Of a stretch of 64,000 nucleotides of DNA, positions 51,515 through 63,547 are shown one piece after another. Positions within the stretch are counted from its first letter, which is position 1. Every line of letters begins with the position of its first letter. A program made the translations under genes and the position numbers. The notes beneath the pieces were generated by a model, which was given only the letters and a program-made list of their open reading frames with translations, did no database searches and was not told the origin of the DNA. Origin of the DNA: Laetmonice hystrix (lineage: Eukaryota); NCBI GenBank assembly GCA_965235115.1, contig OZ249436.1:44456001-44520000 (forward strand), written 5' to 3'.

Positions 51515-54500
51515 TCAGAGCAGCGTACACGAGCGGTCGGAGAGTTTGACGTTCCGAGGTTCAGGATTGAGGTCTTTCTTGGAGAGAGAACCGCATTCGT
51601 CGTCAACGTAAAGCCTGATGGCGTAAATAACGCACGACGCTCTGTGTCCGTGTGACTCGAAATGTGTGTCTTCAGCCGTCACTGAATCACGCGAGTGTGT
51701 CGTCGCCAGTTTCACCGTCTCCACTCCAGTCACGTGCACCCCTGTAAATCAATCAGACGCACATCTTTGTTATCGTTGGTTTTCTTTGTTTACATTCAAC
51801 GTTGTTTCCTCGTCATTTTACTGCATCGGCCTTTCTTTATTAGTCGGCCTACATGGAAAATATGACAAGTGGCTTAGGTCCTACAATCCAATTTAGGTCT
51901 ACAGTCAAGGCAACAATAAGACCAGAAGATATATGGAATCTAAACATTCATTTGGTTATTTTACGACAATATGAAAGGTTTGCGCAGTATTTACAACCCT
52001 GTAACATCAGTAATGGCGATCGTAACGCTCTTATCTAGTTCTCTCGAGTCAGGATATCTAAAAATAGACTGGTTTAGTCAGTGTTGTCATGCAATAAAAT
52101 AAGAATAAAATGCGAAAAGTCCGGTCATATGATATTTCCTATAGAGCCTACACTCGGTATCTCTGTGTGCATCTGTCTTTGGTAAAGGTTTTATTTACAC
52201 CCTCACCTATGTTGCTAGGAGTAACGTGCAGGGCGACACGTTACGATAATTTTGATTATAAGATTATCACTTTCAACTGGGCCGTAGCCCGGGGGCCAAG
52301 GGGGGCAACTGCCTTCCTGAAATTTCCAATTTTTTAAAATTATTATTGTCCTGGATCTCCAACATTGACAATGGAATTGACTGGTATTTGCTCAGGGGGC
52401 ACTGCCCCCTGCGTATTTGGGCCAGACTACGACCCTATTCAATCAGTATAGAATCTAATGTAGGGCCTATTGTTAGAGTACTCAGATTTAAGTGTACTTA
52501 CACGTCACCGTGTTTTAGACTGAAACTTCACCAAAACCATTTGGGGACCAAATAGTGCAGGAAATCCCAAACACACCCCGGGATAATGGAGCGTTTTGTT
52601 GGGCGAACTCCTGTGGTAATATCGGGGTAAAATCTAGGCCTAAAATTCTATCACGAGTGTTAGCTCTAAACCTAGCCCCTTTTCTCTGTCCCATTCGGTA
52701 CCTTTCATGACGATCCAGCGGCGAACCCTTGCCATGACCTCCTCCATGTAATGGTTAGGTAACAGCGCCTCCGGTTCGCCATTAATTCTCACACTAGATG
52801 GCAGCACTGGTTGTGCTACATGGAAAGTTTTGTGAAGGACGTGTGTCCCTGGGCTGGGTGTGGTGGTTGACGCAGACGGTGACGGGATCTCGCCATTCTC
52901 CTCGCCACTTCTCGTGTCTCGCGTGAAGTACAGACGCAGGACTTTGGTGTGATAGATGCTCTGACCGTAAACATGAACACAATGGGGATTGTCCAGAACC
53001 TTCTTCTCATGACCTGCCACCAACAGAAAATAAAAAAACTGACATACATAATGATACCCGCGTTAGTGTTTGTGACGTTGACCTTGGTTTTAAGAGTGTT
53101 TTCAGCGGGTTTACTGACAGGCGACAAAAGGCCAAAATAATTACTGACAAGCGGCATTTGGGTGTTTTTGTACCGTCAAACGATAAAGATACACCAGGAT
53201 CGACAAGCAACAACTGACTAAATCAACCAATGGCATCTCTGCGTTTAGTAATTTAAATCAACCAATGCCTAATGCTAACCTATGGCATCTCTGCGTTTAG
53301 TAGTTTAAATCAACCAATGGCTAATGCTAACCTATGGCATCTCTGCGTTTAGTAGTTTAAATCAACCAATGGTTAATGCTAACCTATGGCATCTCTGCGT
53401 TTAGTAGTTTAAATCAACCAATGCTTAATGCTAACCTATGGCATCTCTGCGTTTAGTAGTTTAAATCAATGCCTAATGCTAACCTATGACATCTCTGCGT
53501 TCTCTAAGTAGTTTAAATCAACCAATGGCTAATGCTAACCTATGGCATCTCTGCGTTTAGTAGTTTAAATCAACCAATGGCTAATGCTAACCTATGGCAT
53601 CTCTGCGTTTAGTAGTTTAAATCAACCAATGGCTAATGCTAACCTATGGCATCTCTGTGTTTAGTAGTTTAAATCACCCAATGAATGCTTAATGCTAACC
53701 TATGGCATCTCTGCGTTTAGTAGTTTAAATCAACCAATGCCTAATGCTAACCTATGGCATTTCTGCGTTTAGTACTTTAAATCAACCAATGCTTAATGCT
53801 AACCTATGGCATCTCTGCGTTTAGTAGTTTAAATCAACCAGTGGCTAATGCTAACCTATGGCATCTCTGCGTTTAGTAGTTTAAATCAACCAGTGGCTAA
53901 TGCTAACCTATGGCATCTCTGCGTTTAGTAGTTTAAATCAACCAATGGCTAATGCTAACCTATGGCATCTCTGCGTTTAGTAGTTTAAATCAACCAATGG
54001 CTAATGCTAACCTATGGCATCTCTGCGTTTAGTAGTTTAAATCAACCAATGGCTAATGCTAACCTATGGCATCTCTGCGTTTAGTAGTTTAAATCAACCA
54101 ATGGCTAATGCTAACCTATGGCATCTCTGACACACTTGAATATCATGTTGTGGTCAAGCGTCTGTACGTTGAGAAGCCGCCGTTGTTTAGACTGAGTGGT
54201 CTGAAACCACTGCTCGGCCCGCCGCGTCAGGTGGACGAAATGTTCAGCCTTCACAACTTTCTTTGGATTACCCGTATACTGTGGGGTGAAGTCCGTGAAA
54301 CCTGTGGGTGGGGTAAATAATGGTACATTGTTATTATCGTCATCGTTAGACCAAAATAATGGTACATTATTATTATCGTCATCGTTAGACCAAAATAATG
54401 GTACATTGATATTATCGTCATCGTTAGACCAAAATAATGGTACATTGATATTATCGTTATCGTTAGACCAAAATACTACGTCTTCATATCGGTCCAAACG

Positions 54501-55193
54501 TGTCTGTTGTCAGCAATCGTTCGGGTTGATATACATTCAGTGCCTGTAGAGTTGAATTTGAAAATATCTTCCAGCCTGATTTCATCATAAGTCCTAGTTC
54601 TTTCGGTCAATTTTCCATATTATTATATTATCAGTAATTTAGTATTGCGTCATTCAATCCGTTTCAACTTTAACTGAATAGTTGCAGTCCTTTTCACGAG
54701 AACCTCCTGCATCAACTACATGCGCATGCGCCATATAGGGACGTTTGAATCTTAAGGAGTTAATATTTGTCATGTGCTACTGCATGGTAGGCTCACCGAT
54801 TTCCGGTGTGTGAGCATGCTGGTCCAGGATGTAGAATAACCGGAAGAACTGGTAGCAGTGAACGTCCATCTTACGAACGGTCATCCAGAATGTTCGATCA
54901 GGGTCAAGGCCACAGTTCTTGGTCGTGAACCGACATGTACACGTCTCCATGGACAGGACACGACCTGGAGATAGGTAAATAACACAGTTAATAAACCTAG
55001 TGTTGTTCTCGATCTTCGGCATCTTCTTCTTCTTCTTCTCCTTCTTTCTCTCTCTCACTCTCTCCCTCACTGTCTCTTTCTCTCCATCCCTCCCTCCCCT
55101 CTCTCTCTATCTCTCTCCCTCTCTCTTTCTCTCTATCTCTCTCCCCCCATCCCTCCCCTTTCTCCCTCCCCATCCCTCCCTCTCCCCCTCCCT

Positions 55194-55239
<46 letters not shown>

Positions 55240-58200
55240 CTCCCTATATCCCTCTCTCTTAGCTGGGATCCCAAACAAAACGATATCCGACGAACAAAAA
55301 TGAAACCACAAAAATGAAAAAGAAGTCCTCTTGGTTACGACAGACACAATGGGGGTATTATCTGTCTCTGGTTGCCCAATGAATGTCGCATAGTGATAAC
55401 AGAAAGTGAAGTTAGGCATTGCGTTTTCTAGACAGACAATTACTTTGCCCGAGGCTTCAGAGAAAATGGTAATATATCAGCAGCAAGCGGCAGCATTCAG
55501 GCTACATCAATAATTTTTCCCATGGTTAGGGACAGGTCGATGGGGCCTAGAATGAGGTGGATAAAAATGATCCATGCGCGACGTATATCATAGAAAAAAA
55601 TCCATCTGTCGTGTTAGAGGCGAGAAACATATTAAATATTGTTATTCAACCACCTAGGTTCTACTGTGCGAATTCAAATACACTATACGTTATGGTTTGG
55701 TTTATACGCCTTCTCACAACGCAAATATGCCATTATCGTTGTTCAATAGAGCTGCGGCAATAACATGCATGACCGGTTACAAAATATCTGTACAGGCTGA
55801 GATTACAAAACGTCATTCTTCACTCTACATGCTGGTTCATGGGCTCACAACATCGGTAAGCATAAACAAACAGCCACATTGACTGAACACCTACCCAGGA
55901 GCTCTTCCTCCGCGTTCGCCAGTCGCTGATTGAAATTATTCAGTGCGTTGCTCAGAGGCTCATACTTGGGACCGATCGCCTCAGGGTTGGTTTCCAGACG
56001 GGCGGGCAGGATGTCCCGGTATCCAATCTGGCAAGGAGACGTTCTGGCTCGGCTGTCTCTGGACACGGACGTTATCCAAACTCTGAAACATGTACGCAGA
56101 TCGTGTCACTACATTGTTTTATTCTACAGTATGTCCCCCCAAAAATGATAGTCTAACTTTAGGTGTGCAAATACACTTAGATATTTTAGAGGATTGTCGA
56201 ATTTTGAATGCTGAATTTTGAAGTTGAACATAAAGTTTGATCCTCCTAGATAACTCTCAGTTGAAATGAAAAATATCTTGTTGTAATTTATTCAACCAAA
56301 ACCAGTATCTCTTTTTGACAATGGAACACAGACTATCATTTTTGGGGGGACATACTGTATAGTATACAGGCAGCTTATTCCCAGAGAACAGTAGGTCCCA
56401 GTACAATAACACGGATCAATTTATCCTAAAGATGACCTTCCGCACGTTGCTAGGGGAAAGATCTGGATTAAGGTAGGGTGACGCTGAATATGAGCTCCCG
56501 TTGCCATTAGAAATAGAGCGTACAACCCTGAGGATTAGTAGGAGCACTATGCTCCTACTACTTTCCGAATTAGAATCAGGTTTCGACAAATCTTAAAGCA
56601 CCTTTCACAACACTGCTTTCTAACGTCCACACAATATAAAGATCACCCACCATGTGTGTACAAGAGGGCACAATGTGATACGCTACCCGACTTTCTGATT
56701 TAATATTTCTTGATGTCAAGGCGGAATATTATGAATTACATATCTAAACATATGTATTGTAACATATGTAACATATGTATTGTAACATATGTATTGTAAT
56801 ATACATGCATACACATGTACAAAGACTTGCCAGGCCACAGTGGCCACTTCGCTGCCCCTTTCTGCTCACACTTCACGCCTTCTTTGATGGGTATAATCCA
56901 CTGATGGATTCTCCCCTGATAAAAGAACAATTAGTCTGATGATCAGTCAGCCCCACTGAGTGGTCTCGCCCCATCATCAGGCTGATTCAGACATGACCAG
57001 CCTCCTCTGAAGCTCCACATTGTAACCACAAATCGTCCACCTTAAACACAGTGATCGATCAGCTTACCGATCGATTCCCGGCTAACCATTAAAGGGCTGA
57101 TTTCTCTCAAATAGCGAGGGTAATATGCAGCCGCCTCCAGCCTCGCCATTATGGTAGTGGCTTTGTGGCTGGCATGCTGGTTAACTACATGCTACACAGA
57201 ACATGGCAATCACTGACGTGATAGGTGTTGGGGAAGAGAACCCGACGACGTCACAAAGCATCACGTGACTGTCCTCAGCCAATCCGGGCACAGCATGGAG
57301 GTTGTATTGCCTCCGACACAGAACTCCATGTTTTATTCTCAAATTCAAGCAATTTAAGCTTGAAAATAATGGGAAGAGTGGCTGTGGCTGAGATAAATGT
57401 CACAATCACACTCTTTAAATTGTAATGCTCTCCCAACTAATTTGAAAATGCTGCGTGTGTACCCTTAAGGTGCTCCTGCCCACCACCCGGGGACAAAGAA
57501 TCATTTTTACAGTAATAAGACGAGTGAAGCGATCGTCATTAATCTCAATCCATTAAACATGTCATGTGTTAACGGCACACTTTGTTGTAATTACTATGCT
57601 ATGGGCGATGGGTGACGCAGAAAACACAATTTCGCCAATTCTGTCAAAGGAGCCAATTCTGTCAAAACATTCTTGCATTGACGACCCTGAATCGATATTG
57701 TGTTCTCGTCGTCATGAAATGGCGCGAACAATTAGTTTTTCTTCTGAATCCGAATTAGATGAACAAGAAATGATCATCTTAAAGGGTCAAATATATCTAT
57801 TGGCACGTGAATTTCTTAAGTAGCCGTTAAGATATTGAATAAACATGGTCGTACTTCAGATTTCGATTAAGAGAGGGTTAAAATAATTATGGAAATAAAG
57901 TGTCTATAAAAAGTGATGCACACACAAAAATAGATATTCAGTACTTAAGCAAAAATACAACTCCTAAAGGGCTTAGATTGATGGTCACGTGTGACTGACC
58001 TGGTGGTCACGTGTCACTGACCTGAAGATCACCTGATACTGACCTGAGTATGGTAATGTATGCCGGAAACCGGCGCTCGTCCCACGTGTCGTCATCCAAT
58101 CCGGTCCAGCCATCGTCACCAATGTCGTAAACTCCCTCCACAACCAATGACTCGCACGATATCACGCGGGCATCCGGGTTCTGCTGCAGCCAGACGTTCG

Positions 58201-59196
58201 CCCGTTCTACCAACGACCTAAGAAGCATAACAAAAATATTTCTTTCAAAAAACGAGTGTCACCTTGAGCTATGGCTTAGCTTAACACTAAGTGGTCAAAA
58301 GGTTGAATTGTAACTTTCCATCGAGACATGCACGTAGCCAGGATTTCTTTGGACTTGTTTCGTTTCTGTTCAAACGTGCTTCCAAACCTCTCGACGTTGA
58401 CGTGAATGATAGGCCTGCACGTCGTGTAACCTTACACTTTACAGCACACTCAAACTAAAAGTGTCCCCTAACTCTACTCTCTCTATCATACATCCTCTAG
58501 GGCCTACTAAGTAGACCTATAGTCTAACTAGAATATTGGAGGTCTTTTGGAAGGCTCTATTGGAAGGCTGTTCGTCCAAAACAACCGAAACATAGCTGAC
58601 TCCCTGTATTATGGTTTTCATACTGAGATAATAATTGCTGTTCTATGTTTTTCACTAAAGCTATAAGATATCACTGGCAGACGTCTTTAGAGAAAAGTTT
58701 TTATTGTGACGACAATGTTACACGAGTACATGGTGTATTTGTCACCTGGTCCTGCAAGGACTGATGATGAACAGTCAGTGAAGGTGCAGGGGTATGTGAT
58801 ATGGTGGCATTGGGGGATCCGGGGGGCCTAGGGGGCCCGGATCCCCCTTTAGATTTCCCTTCTTTTTTGTTTGTTTGATGAAGATGTACTAGTACAGTCA
58901 AAATCAAAAGCCGAGCATAGCGAAGAAAAAAAAATAGGTGGCCCCCTTATCAAAATCCTGATGGGCCCTCCCCCTTATCAAAATCCTAGTGCCCCCCCCC
59001 TTATCAAACTCCTGGATCCCCCACTGAGTGGTCATTTTATCATGAAACCACCTGATTACCTGACTACCTGTATCGTTAGATTGGCAGCGTTATGTACTAT
59101 AGCTGAGGATCGACGAGGGTGGGGGGAAACCGGAAGTAAAGAAACGCTCTTACATGAAGGAGGTGAACGGACGTAGATGTCTAATATCTTCGGGAT
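51515..59196 (-). CDS. Gene 2: uncharacterised four-repeat protein with C-terminal CaaX; exons 59196-59154, 58217-58044, 56082-55895, 54964-54797, 54301-54116, 53013-52702, 51741-51515
   Basis: All six introns are GT-AG with matching phases (2,2,1,1,1,1). The joined frame is stop-free and repeats xxRANxWL / RV(I/L)SxE(S/T) / LR(L/V)(W/F/Y) / IG(Y/F)xD(I/F)xP. Ends SCTLL-TGA. Start codon lies further upstream. Confidence 0.9.
53221..54129. repeat. Minisatellite, 52-bp unit, ~17 copies, containing the donor of exon 54301-54116
   Basis: Unit tggcatctctgcgtttagtagtttaaatcaaccaatggctaatgctaaccta. Minus strand reads AGAGATGCCATAG|gttagc. Confidence 0.95.
54315..54475. repeat. Tandem repeat, 39-bp unit, 4 copies
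   Basis: aataatggtacattgttattatcgtcatcgttagaccaa, ending ~13 nt from the acceptor at 54302. Confidence 0.9.
55022..55260. repeat. (CT)n/(CCCT)n polypyrimidine microsatellite
   Basis: Almost pure pyrimidine run. Source of ORFs 54997..55419 and 55000..55317. Confidence 0.95.
56127..56357. mobile_element. Tc1/mariner-type MITE
   Basis: TA-cagtatgtccccccaaaaatgatagtct ... agactatcatttttggggggacatactg-TA. Confidence 0.9.
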
Positions 59197-59451
59197 CTGT
59201 TAAACATTTTACCACTGTTTTATCAAGATGAGAATGTTTACTCGAGTTTGTAATCGCATGTGAACAGATTTTACTGATGTATCCACCTACACAAGCACTC
59301 AGCCATATGAGACGCTATTTGGTGACGTCATAGCAAGTTCACATGATCCACCAACAATCCCTGTCGTCTGCTCACGAGACAACGCGCGAGTTAAATTTAG
59401 GCTCCATTAGTGAAACAGGTGTCAATTTCCTCTCCATTTTACTGTATGTTC

Positions 59452-59774
59452 CAGGCGGATCGGATTTGGCGGGGAGGTAAAATACAATGTCCACCCCACG
59501 TCACGATGACAGGGGTGAGCTGGCACACTTTTCTAACGCTACAAATACTAAGATTTCATGACCTAGGAATGAGGGAGGGGGTATGCCCCAAGGCAGGGCC
59601 GTGCCCAGGGGGGGGGGTCTGTAACCCCCCTGGGTGCCCAAGTTTTTTTTATTTTTAGTTTTTTTTAGGTCCTAACACTTGGATCTGTCCACTGTAACCC
59701 CCCTCCCCTGCACCAGTAACCCCCCTGCACCAATCTCTGGGCACGGCCCTGCAAGCCCTCCAGATCCGCGCCTG
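59452..59774. mobile_element. MITE with nested MITE at 59594-59751
   Basis: Outer termini caggcggatc / gatccgcgcctg. Inner TIRs cagggccgtgccca / tgggcacggccctg. Confidence 0.65.
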
Positions 59775-60119
59775 CAGTAAACACTCATATATCTACATGG
59801 ACAGATCGCAAGTACTTCTGTATATGCCTGTTATTAGATTGGACATCACTTGTTCTGCTATAGTCCGTGGGCTGGCACAATACCTCGGCCTGTACCTGGG
59901 GCCTAGCCACGACCCAACCTGCCCAGGTAATGGACGCCGATTAACAATTCATTGTCCTGACGTCCGCTCTCCGACCATTTTATACTCGTTTCCCGTCGTT
60001 GTTAGGGGCCTTGCATTATTTACCGACTCCCATTTCCTCACAGGGCAATCAGGTCCAATTTCTATGGCTCAGACTCTTTCGGTGTTGACATAGCACTTGA
60101 CTTAATGAAAATGCCTTAC

Positions 60120-62299
60120 CGGGCAAAGAGAGGCGCGCTTTGGTCCTGCGTTTTATATCTGTGTGTCTTGGGAGTGATTGCGACAATAACCTGAGCACAG
60201 CGCGAGGACATTTACGTCACAACCACTCCAGATCGAGGCTGTACGCGAGGACTTCTACGTCACAACCGTTCCAGATCGAGGCTGTGCGCGAGAACATTTA
60301 TGTCACAACCGCTGCAGATTGTAGATCTACGCTCATGGTCGGCCCAGCGCCTATCTTAACCCGTCTGTCCATCTCTTTGACTTACTGAATTTAACTGATA
60401 CAAACAAAGAAGTAGCCTATGCGTCATATTTAGTCTTCCCTCAATTCAATCTCCACCCATGGTCCATGGATCCAATACAGAGACATCCTCATCGCTTGAA
60501 TGAAAACGGAATACAAATGGGTATAAACCTAAGGTGCGGTCTATCCATCGTTCCGGAGACTGCCATGTGCCAATGTTATAAAATTATGGCAGCAACATGT
60601 CCAACAATCAATATGACCCGTGTCTGTGATCCACAAGGCGATTCAAACTTAGACTTTCGTCTCAGGATTCAGGCAGGTTTATGTCAATATCGATTCGGTC
60701 CCAATTCTGCACATGGAGAAAGAAATGGCTGTAAGCGTTGTTTCCGGGGGGGTGGGGGTCGATAAAGGGCGGCCCTGGGCACATAGGTGACTCAGACGTT
60801 CGGGAGATTCGATTGGCCACACGGTGAAACGAACAGCCATTGTATGGGACCTCTCCATCTCCTCCTCGTCTGGCCGGATGTGGGAGCATGAGATTCTCCC
60901 GACATGGAGCATGGGCGGCGTTGTGTAAACCAGCGCCGCCTGGCGGATACCAGACGCCGGCGTTGTATCGGGTATTGGATATGTTTTGTATAGAGGAGAT
61001 CAATGCTGAAGGTTGTATGTGAGGGCAGCTGTTTGGATGGGTCGTTTGACTGTCCCGCATACTCGTATCTGATTGGACGGATGGAGGCTGGCGGCGTGGG
61101 CCTCTATGTGGGTCAGGGGTCACGTGACCGATCCCCCCATGCTCCATCCTGGAGGATATAGACCTGCCGGTAGACATCCAGGATCTGACATTGACGTCCG
61201 ACCATCGTCGGTATAATACCATGCACACTGCCATAGCCATATCGTTATTATGTTATTGTGATCCTTTTCTAGAATAAAATCTCACAGATGATTCCCTCAA
61301 ACTGCCGTGGCACGAATGCTGATCAAATTACCAATCCCTCTTCCTAAGAACGCACAACAATGGTTCAGCCACGGCGCACGTAAAGTAAATCTATCATGTT
61401 TTTGTGTTTGTAATTTGTAATTTTCTCCCGCTGTGACACGATCACGAACATGTCATATAGATTTACGGATCGAACCTATTCAGCATGTCCCTAAATAACA
61501 CCGCACCAGGCTCTACCTCAAATGGCCTGTCAAGTGGGCGATGTATAGCCGTTTAGGGAGCTTCAGATTGCAATTTGACAAGCACAAATATTGGTTAGAT
61601 GTCCTAATGTGGGGCAGCTCATGCGTTGGTATTCGCTCAAACAGACCAGCACTGATAGAACCTAATTATGTTATTTCTACTTTAGTTTCAGGTCTCGCCC
61701 CTGTAATTGCAAACGTTAGCTATTTGCCGTCGCCGAGGCGTGCAGGTTCCTCCTGTTGATATGCAGACATAACGGCAATGATAAAAACGACCATAATTTA
61801 CATCATATTACGTGAGCCTATGCAATCTTAAAACACCCACGCCCACAATTTCATATTACAAAGTATACGGAAAGTGAGGCTTTGCAAAAAGGAAAGTTGG
61901 ATAAATTGCTAATCACAGCGCATTATTATATTTCGATATAGATAAGGCAATCAGTACATGTTACATATTTCTATTCTCTTTCTACTGATTGGGAGAACAT
62001 CTCAAGACTTTTAATGTTACAAGTAATTAGTAGGCCTACAAAACGGATGATTTCACAAGGTTTGGTTTCAAACAATTTTGTAATTGAGTAAGATAATTTT
62101 ATGCGTCTGCGACCTCTCCCACCCCATCCCTTCCGCTGAAAGTGTATCAGTTGTATCTAGGGGGTCAAGCCCCCCCCCCCCACCCCACCCCCCACCGCGC
62201 CAACACACCTGTTTCTGCACCGTGTGTTCATTACGTGTTCGAACATGTACACGTCGTATCCCACACAGCCAATGATCGGCACTCAGTCCCTTCCATCAT
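60120..62299 (-). CDS. Candidate 5' exons of gene 2 (62299-62235 and 60190-60120)
   Basis: ttcag|ATG ATG GAA...AAC AC|gtaatg (ends phase 2) and ctcag|G TTA...CCC G|gtaagg (phase 2-1) chain in frame into exon 59196. No motif support. Confidence 0.3.
60662..61240 (-). CDS. Unassigned 192-aa ORF
   Basis: Non-repetitive ATG-initiated ORF, Pro/Gly/Ser/His-rich, no recognisable domain. Confidence 0.25.
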   Translation of the reverse strand: MAMAVCMVLYRRWSDVNVRSWMSTGRSISSRMEHGGIGHVTPDPHRGPRRQPPSVQSDTSMRDSQTTHPNSCPHIQPSALISSIQNISNTRYNAGVWYPPGGAGLHNAAHAPCRENLMLPHPARRGGDGEVPYNGCSFHRVANRISRTSESPMCPGPPFIDPHPPGNNAYSHFFLHVQNWDRIDIDINLPES

Positions 62300-62844
62300 C
62301 TGAAGTGTAACGAATGGTTCAGACGACTGTAATCAAACACACCCTGCTTCTAACCCATCATCTGATGAATGGTTCAGACGACTGTAATCAAACAACACAC
62401 TCTCTAACCGATCATCTGAAGTGTAACGAATGGTTCAGACGACTGTAATCAAACACACCCTGCTTCTAACCCATCATCTGATGAATGGTTCAGACGACTG
62501 TAATCAAACAACACACCCTCTAACCCATCATCTGAAGTGTAACGAATGGTTCAGACGACTGTAATCAAACAACACACCCTCTAACCGATCATCTGAAGTA
62601 TAACGAATGGTTCAGACGACTGTAATCAAACAACACACCCTGCTTCTTACCGATCATCTGAAGTGTAACGAATGGTGCAGACGACTGTAATCAAACAACA
62701 CACCCTGCTTCTAACCCATCATCTGAAGTGTAAGGAATGGTGCAGACGACTGTAATCAAACAACACACCCTCTAACCGATCATCTGAAGTGTAACGAATG
62801 GTTCAGACGACTGTAATCAAACAACACACCCTGCTTCTAACCGA
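62293..62844. repeat. Minisatellite, ~50-59-bp unit, ~10 copies
   Basis: catcatctgaagtgtaacgaatggttcagacgactgtaatcaaacaacacaccc(tgct)tctaacc variants. Confidence 0.95.
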
Positions 62845-63176
62845 CAAATTGGCACACCTGTTAGACGATGACAAATCGGCGACGTTTTGCCCCAGGACCT
62901 CTCGCGTCTTTGTCTACAAGTGACAAAGATTAACACCATTTCCTGTCCTAATTAAGAACCAGGTTTTTAACGGTCGACACTTCCGATGGACAAAGTAGAT
63001 CATGCAACCAGTTAGAATTACACGTTTTCCTGTGTCCAAACGAGACACAATAAAACAAAAATTCGCTTCGTTTTTACGTCGGTACACAAGTTGTTGTCCA
63101 ACACTGCAGAAGATGGAGTCAGTTTGCAGGGCAAGTATCCCCATGCCGCCAGTATAGCTATGATCGGATCAGGAGA

Positions 63177-63528
63177 TCATTTCTCACACACGTAATTGGC
63201 CTGTAGGAGTTTGTAATTGATACTCTGTACACTGCATGGTTTATTGTACAGCCACCAGCCCCCGCTGTACTCCCAGACATCGTCTGTCGCGACCAGCTGC
63301 ACGAGTTGTCCATGCCACCTGTTCCCGGTTACAGAAACACTGAATCTAATTTACAGTCACGTGACCTTATCTCCCTAGCTGACAGTTCTGACTGGTTGTC
63401 AACCCCCTGGCCAAAAAACAACAACCGTAGGATCAATTTGTCAATCCCCCCTCCCCTCGGACGCGGAGTGCATTGTCCGGGCTGGCTCCTTTGTGTACGT
63501 CATTGACGCACGTGTCTGTGGATCTGAC
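63177..63528 (-). pseudogene. C-type-lectin-like 3' exons, possibly disrupted
   Basis: Segment 63339-63177 reads VSVTGNRWHGQLVQLVATDDVWEYSGGWWLYNKPCSVQSINYKLLQANYVCEK*, a CTLD-like ending W..PC..YVCEK. The upstream segment from 63528 reads SDPQTRASMTYTK, with PDNA in a different frame. Confidence 0.45.
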
Positions 63529-63547
63529 CTACAACCATCATTACTCA

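Noticed and set aside
54997..55419. Glu/Arg-rich and Leu/Ser-rich ORFs (also 38755-39228)
   Set aside because: Translations of (CT)n microsatellites inside introns.
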